Translations under genes and position numbers: made by a program | Part shown: one piece after another, positions 33,678 through 43,534 of the stretch | Layout: each line of letters opens with the position of its first letter | Numbering within the stretch: position 1 is the first letter of the stretch | Assembly: GCA_028287785.1 (NCBI GenBank) | Contig: JAQBOZ010000017.1 | Span: 72,225 to 136,224, forward strand | Origin: Chlorobiota bacterium | Lineage (GTDB): Bacteria > Bacteroidota > Ignavibacteria > OLB7 | Direction of reading: 5' to 3' | DNA length: 64,000 nt | The notes under the pieces: generated by a model | What the model was told of the DNA's origin: nothing | What the model saw: only the letters and a program-made list of their open reading frames with translations | The model's database searches: none

Positions 33678-35012
33678 TTGCAATTATCCAAACACATAGG
33701 GAAGGCCGCCTGGTCAACAGCCGATAGAATGCTGTCGGTCCTGATCGGCTTCGCGTTCTTCATACCGCAGAAGGTGATCGGCCCGTCGCACTGGGGAATC
33801 TATAGTACGGCGCAGGCGCTCCTTACCTCGGTCTATATGCTTTCCGATAGCCTCGCGCTTCAGGCCATGGTCAACTTCGGCATGGAGGAATTGCGACGCA
33901 GGCAGGCTCTTACCCTCTCCGCGCTTATCCACTGCACCTTTATCACGGTCATCACCCTCTCCGTCTATTTCAGTCGCGGGATGATTGCATCGTTTTTCAA
34001 CGAGCCGGAGCTGGTGACGACGCTGGGATATTTCCCCATCGTCTCGCTTGGCTTTCTCCTGCGGAACTACTTTCTCAAGGTCTCCCAGTTGTTTATCGAT
34101 ACGCGCGCCACATTCTTTATCGACCTGGCGTGGATCGGCAGCACGGTGATCCTGATCGTGTACGGATGGCGGCGCGGGACGCTGGTGAATGCCAATGACA
34201 TGATGGTGATCAGTGGGATATCGAGCGGCATCTCCTCGCTGATGGGCCTCTGGCTCTATCGTCGCAAGGTGCGTTTTACCACCAGCTTCGACCGGGCGTA
34301 CACCATCAGGATGATCCGTTTCGGCATCGCCCAGTTCGGCTCCGCCATCACCATGGTGTTGCAGACGCAGGGCGATACGCTGATCCTCAAGAAATTCGTC
34401 ACCTCCGATGTCATCGGCAATTACGACGCGGCCAAGAAGTTCTTCCGCGGCTTCGAGGCGCTTCGCGATGCCGGCGCTCTCTTCGTCTATCCGGCGGTGA
34501 CAAAGCTGGCGGCCGAACGGCGGCATGGCGAGCTGGTGCTGCTGCTGGAGAAGATGATAGGCTTTATGGTGATCGTGATCACGCCGATTGTGGTGTTCGT
34601 CTGGCTTGGGCCGACCGATTACCTCTTCAACCTGATCTACAAGGGGCAGTACCAGCAGGCCGCGACCATCTTCAAGTTTCTCTCGCTCGCTGCCCTTGCA
34701 ATCCCGTTCAGCATGAACACCTATGTGCTGGGGGGGCTTGGCGAGGCGCGCCGCTATTTCCGCGTGACGCTGACATCGGCCCTCTTCTCGGTGGTGGCGG
34801 CGCTTGTGCTGGTGCCGATGATCCACGCAAACGGTGCCGCGCTCGCCGTCGTGGTCAGCTTTGCCACCCTCGGCGTGCTGGCGACGCGCGCGGTCAAGAA
34901 GATCATTCCATTTTCCCTCCCCAACGCGTTCGGCCGCTGGCGCGATGCGCTCAATTTCGTGATCAGGCTATGGCGCCGCGCCATGAGAAAGGGGGACAGG
35001 CCCTCCCAATGA
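33678..35012 (+). CDS. Polysaccharide biosynthesis protein / oligosaccharide flippase (Wzx-like, MOP superfamily)
   Basis: About 12 predicted TM segments and the characteristic length. The N-terminus may start slightly upstream with a non-ATG codon. Confidence 0.55.
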   Translation: MQLSKHIGKAAWSTADRMLSVLIGFAFFIPQKVIGPSHWGIYSTAQALLTSVYMLSDSLALQAMVNFGMEELRRRQALTLSALIHCTFITVITLSVYFSRGMIASFFNEPELVTTLGYFPIVSLGFLLRNYFLKVSQLFIDTRATFFIDLAWIGSTVILIVYGWRRGTLVNANDMMVISGISSGISSLMGLWLYRRKVRFTTSFDRAYTIRMIRFGIAQFGSAITMVLQTQGDTLILKKFVTSDVIGNYDAAKKFFRGFEALRDAGALFVYPAVTKLAAERRHGELVLLLEKMIGFMVIVITPIVVFVWLGPTDYLFNLIYKGQYQQAATIFKFLSLAALAIPFSMNTYVLGGLGEARRYFRVTLTSALFSVVAALVLVPMIHANGAALAVVVSFATLGVLATRAVKKIIPFSLPNAFGRWRDALNFVIRLWRRAMRKGDRPSQ

Positions 35013-35032
35013 ACTCGCAATCAAACTAATCG

Positions 35033-37168
35033 ATGCTGCAAGCCATTCAATACCAGAAAACAGGAGAGCTTCACGTAAAGGAGCTGCCGGCTCCGGAACT
35101 GAAGCCGAAGATGATCGTGGTCCGTACCTACGCCTCGCTGATCTCCGCCGGAACCGAGCGGACATCCGTGGCAACGGCCAAGGCGTCGATGTTCGAAAAG
35201 GCCCGCACCCGTCCCGATCTGGTCAAGCAGGTGCTGGACATGGCGAAGAAGGAGGGATGGCGGAACACCATCGACAAGGTCAGGACGAAGCTGGACAGCT
35301 ACAAGGCGCTCGGCTACTCCGCGGCCGGCGTGGTGATCGAATCGGCGTGCGACGAGTTCGCGCCGGGCGATCACGTTGCCTGCGCGGGGGGGGGCTTTGC
35401 CTCGCACGCGGAGATCATCGCCGTGCCCCGCAATCTCGCCGTGAAGATCCCGGAAGGGGTCACACACGATGAGGCGGCGTTTACCACGCTCGGCGCCATC
35501 GCCATGCAGGGGGTGCGCCAGGCCAGGGTCGGCCTCGGGGAATCGGTCGCGGTGGTGGGGCTTGGGCTTCTGGGGCAGCTTACCGTGCAGTTGCTGAAGG
35601 CCGCCGGGTGCCGGGTGATCGGCCTCGACATCAACGAGCGACAGTTTGCGCTGGCCCGCGAGTTCGGGGCGGATGAACTGGTGGTGACCGGCTCGTCGGC
35701 GCTTGGGAGCATCGAGAGCTTTACGCGCGGCATCGGCTGCGACGCGGTGATCCTTACCGCCGGCACCAGCTCCAACGATCCGATGATCCTGGCGATCAAC
35801 GCGGCCCGGAAAAAAGGGAGGGTGGTGGTGGTCGGCGCGGTCGGCATGGATATCCCCCGCTCGCCGTTCTACGAGAAGGAGCTGGATATCACGATCTCCT
35901 GCAGTTACGGTCCCGGACGATACGATCCGACGTACGAGGAGGAAGGGCATGATTACCCGGTCGGCTATGTGCGCTGGACCGAGCGACGGAATATGGAATC
36001 GGTGCTGGATCTGATCGCGAGCGGGAAGCTGAATGTCGGGCGGATGATCACGCATCGCATTCCGATCACCGAGGCGGAGCGGGCGTACGATCTGATCACC
36101 GGGAAAATTCAGGAGCCGTACATCGGCATCGTCCTGAACTATCCCGATCGTGGGGCAAGGGCGCTGACGCGCGTTGTTCAGGTAAACCAGCCGGTGGGGG
36201 GAAGCGGGCTGGGCATAGGCTTTATCGGCGCCGGGAGCTTCGCGCAGAGCTATCTGCTGCCGCCGCTCAAGACGCTCGGCGTCAACCTGGTGGCGGTATC
36301 CACATCGACATCGGTCAACGCCCGCTCGGTGGCCGAGAAATTCGGGTTCGGCGATGCCTCCACCGACTCCGCCGGCCTGCTCGCCAGAAAGGAGATCGGC
36401 GCGGTCTTTATCGCCACCCGCCACGACACGCACGGCTCATACGTTGCCGATGCGCTGGAGGCGGGGAAGCAGGTGTTCGTGGAGAAGCCGCTGGCGATCA
36501 CGCAGGAGGAGCTTGAGCGCATCCGCGATCTGGCCGCCACGAAGAACGATCGCGTGATGGTGGGTTTCAACCGCAGGTTTTCCGCTCCGCTTGTCGCGAT
36601 GAAGCGCCATTTCGCCGGAAACACGGAGCCGCTGGTGATGCTCTATCGCGTCAATGCCGGCGCCATCAAGCTGGATAGCTGGGTGCAGGCTGAAGCGCAG
36701 GGGGGGAGGATCATCGGCGAGGGATGCCACTTCATCGACTGCATGCAGTTCATGACCGGCGCCCGGCCGGTCAGCGTCTACGCCGCAGCGATCGGCTCGC
36801 GCAACCAGCAGGTCCGCAACGCCGATTCCGTCTCCATCACCATCCGTTTCTCCGACGGCTCGGTGGGGACGGTTCATTATCTCGCCAACGGCGATCCATC
36901 GGTCCCGAAGGAATATTTCGAGGTCTTCGGCGGCGGCGGAACCGCCATCATGAACAACTTCCGCGAGCTGGTGCTCTCCTCCGGCCGGAAGACCAGGGTC
37001 GAGAAGTTCAACGGCGACAAGGGACACTCCGAGGAGGTGAAGCAGACGATCGAGGCGATGAAGAGCGGCGCTCCTATGCCGATCAGTTTCGAGAGTCTGC
37101 ACGATACCACCGCCGCGACATTTGCGGCGCTGACATCGCTGGGATCGGGAAATGCTGTAGCGTTATGA
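35033..37168 (+). CDS. Bi-domain oxidoreductase (N-terminal zinc-type alcohol dehydrogenase/MDR domain fused to C-terminal Gfo/Idh/MocA oxidoreductase domain)
   Basis: MDR Rossmann motif VAVVGLGLLG in the first half and Gfo/Idh/MocA N-terminal NAD-binding motif GIGFIGAGSFAQ in the second half. Confidence 0.75.
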   Translation: MLQAIQYQKTGELHVKELPAPELKPKMIVVRTYASLISAGTERTSVATAKASMFEKARTRPDLVKQVLDMAKKEGWRNTIDKVRTKLDSYKALGYSAAGVVIESACDEFAPGDHVACAGGGFASHAEIIAVPRNLAVKIPEGVTHDEAAFTTLGAIAMQGVRQARVGLGESVAVVGLGLLGQLTVQLLKAAGCRVIGLDINERQFALAREFGADELVVTGSSALGSIESFTRGIGCDAVILTAGTSSNDPMILAINAARKKGRVVVVGAVGMDIPRSPFYEKELDITISCSYGPGRYDPTYEEEGHDYPVGYVRWTERRNMESVLDLIASGKLNVGRMITHRIPITEAERAYDLITGKIQEPYIGIVLNYPDRGARALTRVVQVNQPVGGSGLGIGFIGAGSFAQSYLLPPLKTLGVNLVAVSTSTSVNARSVAEKFGFGDASTDSAGLLARKEIGAVFIATRHDTHGSYVADALEAGKQVFVEKPLAITQEELERIRDLAATKNDRVMVGFNRRFSAPLVAMKRHFAGNTEPLVMLYRVNAGAIKLDSWVQAEAQGGRIIGEGCHFIDCMQFMTGARPVSVYAAAIGSRNQQVRNADSVSITIRFSDGSVGTVHYLANGDPSVPKEYFEVFGGGGTAIMNNFRELVLSSGRKTRVEKFNGDKGHSEEVKQTIEAMKSGAPMPISFESLHDTTAATFAALTSLGSGNAVAL

Positions 37169-37191
37169 CGTACCGCGTAGCGTTATGACGT
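37157..37191 (+). repeat. Tandem 15-bp direct repeat gtagcgttatgacgt (x2, 20-bp period) spanning the stop codon of the oxidoreductase gene
   Basis: Seen directly. The TGA stop (37166-37168) lies inside repeat copy 1. Confidence 0.5.
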
Positions 37192-37242
37192 GCCCTGTCG
37201 GGGCAAGTCTTAGACCTGCCCTGACCCCCATAACTAACTGAA

Positions 37243-37274
37243 AAGGCCATCTCCCGATTCCGGGAGATGGCCTT
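37243..37274. terminator. Bidirectional terminator hairpin between convergent genes (oxidoreductase and rplS)
   Basis: Perfect 14-bp stem aaggccatctcccg / cgggagatggcctt with loop attc. Confidence 0.7.
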
Positions 37275-37301
37275 CGTACAAACCGCTGATTGTTCTCGCG
37301 A

Positions 37302-37685
37302 TCAGGTCGTCTTGGCGCGAACCGCCTTCGGGGCAAGGCCACGGAGGTAGTAGAGCTTTGCGCGACGGACCTTGCCTTCGCGGACGATCCGGATGCCCTG
37401 GATGATCGGCGAGTGGATCGGGAAGATCCTCTCGACGCCGACGCCGTTGCTCACCTTGCGGACGGTGAACGTCTCGCCGATGCCCGCGCCCCGACGGGAG
37501 ATCACGATCCCCTCGTAGTTCTGAATCCGCTCCTTGTCACCCTCGACAACGCGAACTGCAACGTTCACCACATCGCCGGGACGGAACGTCGGCAGGACGA
37601 CTTCGCCGGCCTCGCCGTTGCGGGAGGTACGGCTTGCCGCGGTCTGAGCAATCATCTGCTCGGTCAATGAATCGATCTCTTTCAT
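37302..37685 (-). CDS. rplS: 50S ribosomal protein L19
   Basis: L19 sequence (FRPGDVVNV...RIQNYEG...RRGAG...TFTVRK). Start at MKEIDS (37685). Confidence 0.9.
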   Translation of the reverse strand: MKEIDSLTEQMIAQTAASRTSRNGEAGEVVLPTFRPGDVVNVAVRVVEGDKERIQNYEGIVISRRGAGIGETFTVRKVSNGVGVERIFPIHSPIIQGIRIVREGKVRRAKLYYLRGLAPKAVRAKTT

Positions 37686-37815
37686 GATACACCTCCACAA
37701 TACTCACCGCCGACATCGGAAGCGGAACGCCAGGGGTTCCCTGGGCATTCCCGAACCCGGCCCGACAAGCGAGGTTTTGGTTTTTGGTTTCAGTTTATGT
37801 TTACGAACAAATGTT

Positions 37816-38541
37816 CTAGCTCCGCTCGGGGTCATCCAGCAACCCGGGGCGACGTTCCCTGGTGCGTCTGAGAGCCTCGGTATCCCGCCATTCGGCGATC
37901 TTCGCGTGATCGCCGGTCATCAGGATATCCGGAACGGGCATGCCGCCGAATTCAGCGGGCTTCGTGTAATAGGGCGCATCGAGCAGGCCGGCCTGGAAGG
38001 AATCGCTCAATGCCGATTCGCTATCGCCAAGGGCGCCCGGCAGCAGCCGCACAATCGCATCGGTAAGGACCAGCGCCGGAAGCTCGCCGCCGGTCAGCAC
38101 GTAATCGCCAATCGAGATATCCCGCGTCACCAGCGCCGTGCGAACCCGCTCATCCACCCCCTTGTAGTGCCCGCAGAGGAGGATCAGGTTGCGCGCCATC
38201 GAAAGCCTGTTCGCGGCCTTCTGGTCCAGGATATCGCCGTCGGGAGTGAGGAAGATCACCTCATCGTATTCCCGCTCGGCACGAAGTTTTTCGATGCAGG
38301 AGAAGATGGGCTCGGGACGAAGGATCATCCCGGCTCCCCCGCCGTACGGGGTATCATCCACCTGCTTGTAGCGTCCCAGACCGTAATCGTGCAGGTTATG
38401 CACCACGATCTCCACCAGCCCCGCCTCGCGTGCCCGCTTCAGAATCGAGGCGTTCAGCACGCTTTCGAATGTCTGGGGGACAACGCTGATGATATCGATA
38501 CGGAGGAACGGCCCCTCGCGTCTAGTTTCCGCCATCGTCAT
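37816..38541 (-). CDS. trmD: tRNA (guanine37-N1)-methyltransferase
   Basis: SPOUT/TrmD motifs ([21 protein letters not shown]). Confidence 0.85.
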   Translation of the reverse strand: MTMAETRREGPFLRIDIISVVPQTFESVLNASILKRAREAGLVEIVVHNLHDYGLGRYKQVDDTPYGGGAGMILRPEPIFSCIEKLRAEREYDEVIFLTPDGDILDQKAANRLSMARNLILLCGHYKGVDERVRTALVTRDISIGDYVLTGGELPALVLTDAIVRLLPGALGDSESALSDSFQAGLLDAPYYTKPAEFGGMPVPDILMTGDHAKIAEWRDTEALRRTRERRPGLLDDPERS

Positions 38542-39058
38542 CGGTCTCCTCGCCCTTCATCCCGGGGATCGGTCGCACGATTGCAACCCGATCGTCATGC
38601 CGCACTTCCACGATGAACTGATCGACGGCCGGGAGCATCCACTCGTTTCCATCCGACTCCACCACCCAGATGTAATGGGCGGGCGTCTTGAAGATCCCTC
38701 CGATGTTCCCCAGCTCCTCCCCCGATTCGCTCCGCACGTCGTAGCCGACGAGGAGGGGATGGGCGTAGGGCTGATCGTAGTCGAGCGCGGCCATTGGAAG
38801 ATAGAGCGCGCGATCGAGGAGTTTCGCCGCATCCTCACGGGTCGTGCAGCCGGCGAAGTAGCAGATCATCGCGTCGTTCCGGCGCTCGCATTTGATCAGC
38901 TGGAGCGGCTCCGTGAATTTCTCGGAATATCCGCTCCAGGCATCGCACGGGACATTGACCGCGGGGATCGCGTCGGCATCCAGAGTGCAGCGAATACCGC
39001 CGGCAAGGCCATAGGTCCTGTTAAGGACGCCAATACGTACACGGGATTCGCCGGCCAT
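38522..39058 (-). CDS. rimM: 16S rRNA processing protein RimM
   Basis: RimM-like N-terminal barrel (GLAGGIRC) and PRC domain, at the conserved position between rpsP and trmD. Start at 39058 (MAGESRV). Confidence 0.7.
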   Translation of the reverse strand: MAGESRVRIGVLNRTYGLAGGIRCTLDADAIPAVNVPCDAWSGYSEKFTEPLQLIKCERRNDAMICYFAGCTTREDAAKLLDRALYLPMAALDYDQPYAHPLLVGYDVRSESGEELGNIGGIFKTPAHYIWVVESDGNEWMLPAVDQFIVEVRHDDRVAIVRPIPGMKGEETDDDGGN

Positions 39059-39137
39059 TGGGAACGGAATAGAGAGGGGCACATGAAAAGATGTGAAGCC
39101 CATCGGAATGAGCTTCACATCCTTCTATCACAATAAA

Positions 39138-39701
39138 TTAAGCGTTCGGCTCCGTCTCGGCCGCAGGAGCTTCCTCGGCTGCCGGCGCCTCTTCCGCTGC
39201 GGGGGCTTCCTCGGCCGAAGCCTCGGGAGCTGCCTCCGCCGCTGCTGCCGCTGCGGCGTCCGCCTCTTCCTTGGCGCGAGCTGCATCCTCGGCCTCTTCC
39301 TTGGCGCGGACCGCTGCTTCCTCATCGCGGACGCGCTTCTCGGCGGCGGCCTGGATGGCTGCCAGATCGCGCGACTCGCGGTTCTGCTTGCGGGCGACGT
39401 GGTTCTCGATCTGCTGGGCGATCTCCTCCGAGCCCTTCCCCTTACGGTTCAGGTGCATCTCCAGGAGCATTCCCTGGCGGCTGAGGAGGGAGCGGACCGT
39501 ATCGGTCGGCTGGGCGCCGGTCTGGAGCCAGTGGAGGACGCGATCACGCTTGAGGGTGATCTGATCGGCCACGACCATCGGGTTGTACTGTCCCACCTTC
39601 TCGATGAAACGTCCGTCGCGCGGGCTGCGGCTGTCGGCGGCCACGATGTCATATACCGGACGCTTCTTGCGTCCCATTCTTCTCAGGCGAAGCTTGACCA
39701 T
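39138..39701 (-). CDS. rpsP: 30S ribosomal protein S16 with long Ala/Glu/Pro-rich C-terminal extension
   Basis: N-terminal 80 aa are canonical S16 ([20 protein letters not shown]). The C-terminal ~100 aa are low complexity, with EEAPAA x3 and RAKEEA x2. Confidence 0.85.
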   Translation of the reverse strand: MVKLRLRRMGRKKRPVYDIVAADSRSPRDGRFIEKVGQYNPMVVADQITLKRDRVLHWLQTGAQPTDTVRSLLSRQGMLLEMHLNRKGKGSEEIAQQIENHVARKQNRESRDLAAIQAAAEKRVRDEEAAVRAKEEAEDAARAKEEADAAAAAAAEAAPEASAEEAPAAEEAPAAEEAPAAETEPNA

Positions 39702-39854
39702 GCTGATTCGTTCTTAATGTGATTCTGAATGTATGTTAAACTTATGCTTCTAAACGTTAGGAGCGGGTAACAGAATGGGCGTTGGGCCCGCCGGTCGGGG
39801 GGAAGGCCCGTCCGGGGCATCCTGTCATCAGCATCCGGGATACCGGAGCCCGCA

Positions 39855-41210
39855 TCAGCGGCGGCGTCCGGGGAGCATCGGCAATCCGCCGCCGCCACCC
39901 ATCGTCCGCATCAGATTCTTCATCTTGCCGCCGGTGAGCTGGCGCATCTGGCGGCGCATCTCGTCGAACTGCTTCAGCAGCCGGTTCACGTCCTGGATCT
40001 GCGTTCCGGAGCCGACCGCGATACGGCGGCGACGGCTTCCGTTGATGATCTCCGGACGGCGACGCTCCTCCTTGGTCATCGAGGTGATGATGGCCTCCAG
40101 ACGGACAAACGCCCGTTCGTCGATCTCCACCCCCTTCAATGCCTGGTCCATCCCCGGAAGCATCCCGATAAGGTCGCGGAACGAGCCCATCTTCTTGATC
40201 TGCTGCAACTGCTCGAAGAAGTCATCCAGCGTGAACTCGTTCCGGCGGAACTTCTCCTCCAGCTTCTTCGCCTGCTCTTCATCGAACTGCTCCTGCGCCT
40301 TCTCCACCAGCGAAACCACATCGCCCATGCCCAGGATTCGGGAGGCCATGCGGTCCGGGTAGAACGGCTCCAGCGCATCCATCTTTTCGCCGAGGCCCAC
40401 GAACTTGATCGGCGCCTTGACCACCGAACGGATGGAGAGCGCCGCGCCGCCGCGGGTATCGCCGTCCAGCTTCGTCAGGATCACGCCATCGTAGTCCAGC
40501 CGGTCGTGGAATGCCTTCGCGGTTGTCACCGCGTCCTGGCCTATCATCGCGTCCACGACGAAGAGGATCTCGTTCGGCTTGGTCCGCTCCTTGATGCGGG
40601 CCACCTCTTCCATCATCTCCTCGTCGATCGTCAGGCGACCGGCCGTATCGATGATGATCACGTTCCGTCCGGTCCGCTTTGCCTCCAGGATCGATTTTTC
40701 GGCGATCGACACGGGGTCCTCGCCGGGAAGCGAGAAGACCGGGACATCGAGCTGGGCGCCGAGCGATTTCAACTGATCGACGGCCGCCGGGCGATAGGTG
40801 TCCGCGGCCACCAGCATCGGCTGGCGACCCTTTCCCTTGAAGTAGTTCGCCAGCTTCGCCGAGTGGGTCGTCTTTCCCGATCCCTGAAGGCCGCACATCA
40901 TGATGATCGTGGGGCCGGCCGGCGCCATCCTGATATCCTCGCGCTCGTTCCCCATCAGCTCCACGAGCTCGTCGTAGATGATCTTGACGATCATCTGTCC
41001 GGGGGTAACCGACCCGATCACATCGCGACCGAGCGCGCGGGTCTTTACGTCCTCGACGAATTTCTTCGTGACCTGGAAGTTTACATCGGCGTCCAGAAGC
41101 GCGCGGCGAACCTCGCGCAGCGCCTCCGTGATGTTCTCTTCGGAGAGCCGGGCTTCACCGCTCAGGCGGCGTATCGCCGCGTCAAGTTTGGCACTTAGAT
41201 TCTCAAACAT
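39855..41210 (-). CDS. ffh: Signal recognition particle protein
   Basis: NG domain with GLQGSGKTT and a methionine-rich M domain. Confidence 0.9.
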   Translation of the reverse strand: MFENLSAKLDAAIRRLSGEARLSEENITEALREVRRALLDADVNFQVTKKFVEDVKTRALGRDVIGSVTPGQMIVKIIYDELVELMGNEREDIRMAPAGPTIIMMCGLQGSGKTTHSAKLANYFKGKGRQPMLVAADTYRPAAVDQLKSLGAQLDVPVFSLPGEDPVSIAEKSILEAKRTGRNVIIIDTAGRLTIDEEMMEEVARIKERTKPNEILFVVDAMIGQDAVTTAKAFHDRLDYDGVILTKLDGDTRGGAALSIRSVVKAPIKFVGLGEKMDALEPFYPDRMASRILGMGDVVSLVEKAQEQFDEEQAKKLEEKFRRNEFTLDDFFEQLQQIKKMGSFRDLIGMLPGMDQALKGVEIDERAFVRLEAIITSMTKEERRRPEIINGSRRRRIAVGSGTQIQDVNRLLKQFDEMRRQMRQLTGGKMKNLMRTMGGGGGLPMLPGRRR

Positions 41211-41478
41211 CGGATATCCGGGACATGCGTATCGAAAGAATTGCGCTACGGTTTGAGCAAAGGATCATAAAAATAGGGGAGCGGGGGGAGTTCTGCAACC
41301 GGAAAACCGAAGCTGATGCGAAGGAATCGTGAGTGGATTGGCCGAATCGGCCCAATTACGGGGGTGGAAATGGAATGATACAAAGGCAATCGTGGGTCCG
41401 GCCGGGGAAATCGGTTGTTCACGGGGGCGGCCCGCACGGGAATCGGGGCGTTCGGCAGAACATCGTCCGGCGGATTGT

Positions 41479-41946
41479 TCAGCCCTGCTTCAGCGTGCGA
41501 TCGCGCTGGCGAAGCAGCGGGGCGAGAAATTCCATCATATGAACGATATCATTTCCAATCGGGATCGACTCGAAGTCGAACACGCAGATCGTCCCGAAGA
41601 GGTTTCCGCTTTCGTCGAGGAGCGGCACGCCGCAGTACGACTGCACCTCCCGCTGTTTCGGGTGGCCCTCCACACGGTCATCCTTCAGTGTATCATGCAC
41701 GGTGAACCGGTTTCCGGTTTTTCGGACAAAGACGCAGTACGACGCCATCACCGGGATATCCGGGCACGACTCCACCTCCGGGTTTTCCGCGTCGACGAAA
41801 TAGAGGCTCTTCAGCGTCTCGCCGTCGAAGCGATAGAGTGCGGTGAAACGGTGCGGAGTCTGGCTGTTGAGGAGCCTCAGCGCCGCCCGGATGCCATCCT
41901 GTTCCAGCACGGTCCGCAACTGCGCCAGTGTATTTGCCTCGTTCAT
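41479..41946 (-). CDS. GAF domain-containing protein
   Basis: About 155 aa with GAF-like pattern (CGVPL...G.L.GTICVFD). Start at MNEANT (41946) rather than the longer ORF-track start. Confidence 0.5.
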   Translation of the reverse strand: MNEANTLAQLRTVLEQDGIRAALRLLNSQTPHRFTALYRFDGETLKSLYFVDAENPEVESCPDIPVMASYCVFVRKTGNRFTVHDTLKDDRVEGHPKQREVQSYCGVPLLDESGNLFGTICVFDFESIPIGNDIVHMMEFLAPLLRQRDRTLKQG

Positions 41947-42160
41947 TGAAGTCCGGAAATATCTCGAAAAGAGCAGGGGATATTCGCCGTGGGGATATAT
42001 CGGGAAAATCGAATATACGCATTCGCGCGGAGTGAGGGTTTGCCCGGTTGCCCGGTTCGTGGGTTCGCCCCCACCATCCACCGGTTCTCCGTCCTATCTT
42101 TGCGGTGGAATCTGAAAAGGTATGCCAACCGTCAGCGCATCGATCACGGACTTCGATATC

Positions 42161-43492
42161 ATGGATCATGTCGTCATTATCGGCAATGGGGTTGCCGGCA
42201 TCACGGCCGCCCGGCATATCCGCAAGCTGAGCGACCGGCCGATTACGGTGATCTCCGCCGAGACCGATCACTTCTTCTCGCGCACGGCCCTGATGTATAT
42301 CTACATGGGACAGCTCACCTACGAAGGGACCAAACCGTACGAGGACGACTTCTGGCCGAAGAACCGGATAGCGCTGGTGCGGGGTCGCGTGGAGCGGCTG
42401 GAGACGGAGCGTCGCCGCCTGACGCTTGGCGACGGAAGCGAAATCGAGTACGGCTCCCTGATCATCGCCACCGGATCGCGACCCAACATGTTCGGCTGGC
42501 CGGGGGAGACCCTGGAGGGGGTCCAGGGCCTGTACAGCATTCAGGATCTGGAGTCGATGGAGCGATGGACCGCCGGGATCACGCGCGCCGTGGTGGTCGG
42601 CGGCGGGTTGATCGGGATAGAGATGGCGGAGATGCTGTATGCGCGCGGCATCGGGGTGACGTTTCTGGTGCGCGAGCGGAACTACTGGGACACCATCCTT
42701 CCGCCGGAGGAATCGCTGATGGTGGAGCGGCATATCAGGTCGCACGGCATCGATCTCCGCACGGCGACGGAGCTGCGGGAGATTCTGTCGGATGCGGAGG
42801 GTCGCGCCCGCGCCGTGGTCACGACGCGGGGGGAGGAGATCCCCTGCGGGTTCGTGGGGTTGACGGTGGGGGTATCGCCGAACATCGGCGTGGTGAGCGG
42901 TTCCGCCGTGGAGTGCAATCGCGGCGTGCTGGTGGATGAATATTTCCGGACCAGCATTCCCGGCGTCTACGCGATCGGCGATTGCGCCGAGTTTCGCGAT
43001 CCGCGAGCGGATCATCCCGCGATCGAGCAGTTGTGGTACACGGCGAAGATGCACGGGGAGACGGTTGCGCGGACCATCTGCGGCATCCCGGCCCGCTACG
43101 CCCGCGGCGTCTGGTTCAACTCGGCGAAGTTTTTCGATATCGAGTATCAGACCTACGGCTACGTCTGGAGCCGGCTTCGGGAGACGGAGGAAACCCTTTA
43201 CTGGGAGCATCCCGACGGACGGAAGGCGATCAGGATCAACTACTCGAAGATGGATGGCCGGCTGCTCGGGATGAACCTGCTCGGGATCAGATATCGCCAG
43301 GATGTCTGCCGGAAATGGGTGGAGGAGGGGGCTGATATCGGGACGGTGCTGGGAAATCTCTCCGAGGCGAATTTCGATCCCGAATTCCACCGGCGATACG
43401 AGGCGGAGGTGGTAAGGCTCTACAACGAGCGGAACCCCGGCGGCGCGGTCGTGGTGAAGCGGAAGGGGATGCTGGCGCGGTTCTTCTCATGA
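42161..43492 (+). CDS. NAD(P)/FAD-dependent pyridine nucleotide-disulfide family oxidoreductase
   Basis: Two Rossmann dinucleotide motifs (VVIIGNGVAG and AVVVGGGLIGIEMA) and a GDCA motif near the C-terminus. Confidence 0.7.
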   Translation: MDHVVIIGNGVAGITAARHIRKLSDRPITVISAETDHFFSRTALMYIYMGQLTYEGTKPYEDDFWPKNRIALVRGRVERLETERRRLTLGDGSEIEYGSLIIATGSRPNMFGWPGETLEGVQGLYSIQDLESMERWTAGITRAVVVGGGLIGIEMAEMLYARGIGVTFLVRERNYWDTILPPEESLMVERHIRSHGIDLRTATELREILSDAEGRARAVVTTRGEEIPCGFVGLTVGVSPNIGVVSGSAVECNRGVLVDEYFRTSIPGVYAIGDCAEFRDPRADHPAIEQLWYTAKMHGETVARTICGIPARYARGVWFNSAKFFDIEYQTYGYVWSRLRETEETLYWEHPDGRKAIRINYSKMDGRLLGMNLLGIRYRQDVCRKWVEEGADIGTVLGNLSEANFDPEFHRRYEAEVVRLYNERNPGGAVVVKRKGMLARFFS

Positions 43493-43534
43493 TCCGGCGT
43501 CCCGACGGGAGATCACAACAAGCTGGAGATTGCG

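Noticed and set aside
42040-42090. Sequence resembling a tmRNA 3' end (gggttcgcccccaccatccacc)
   Set aside because: It is only a short partial resemblance inside a 214-bp intergenic region, and no tRNA-like acceptor or upstream tmRNA domains are present. It more likely belongs to short cccggttcg tandem repeats.
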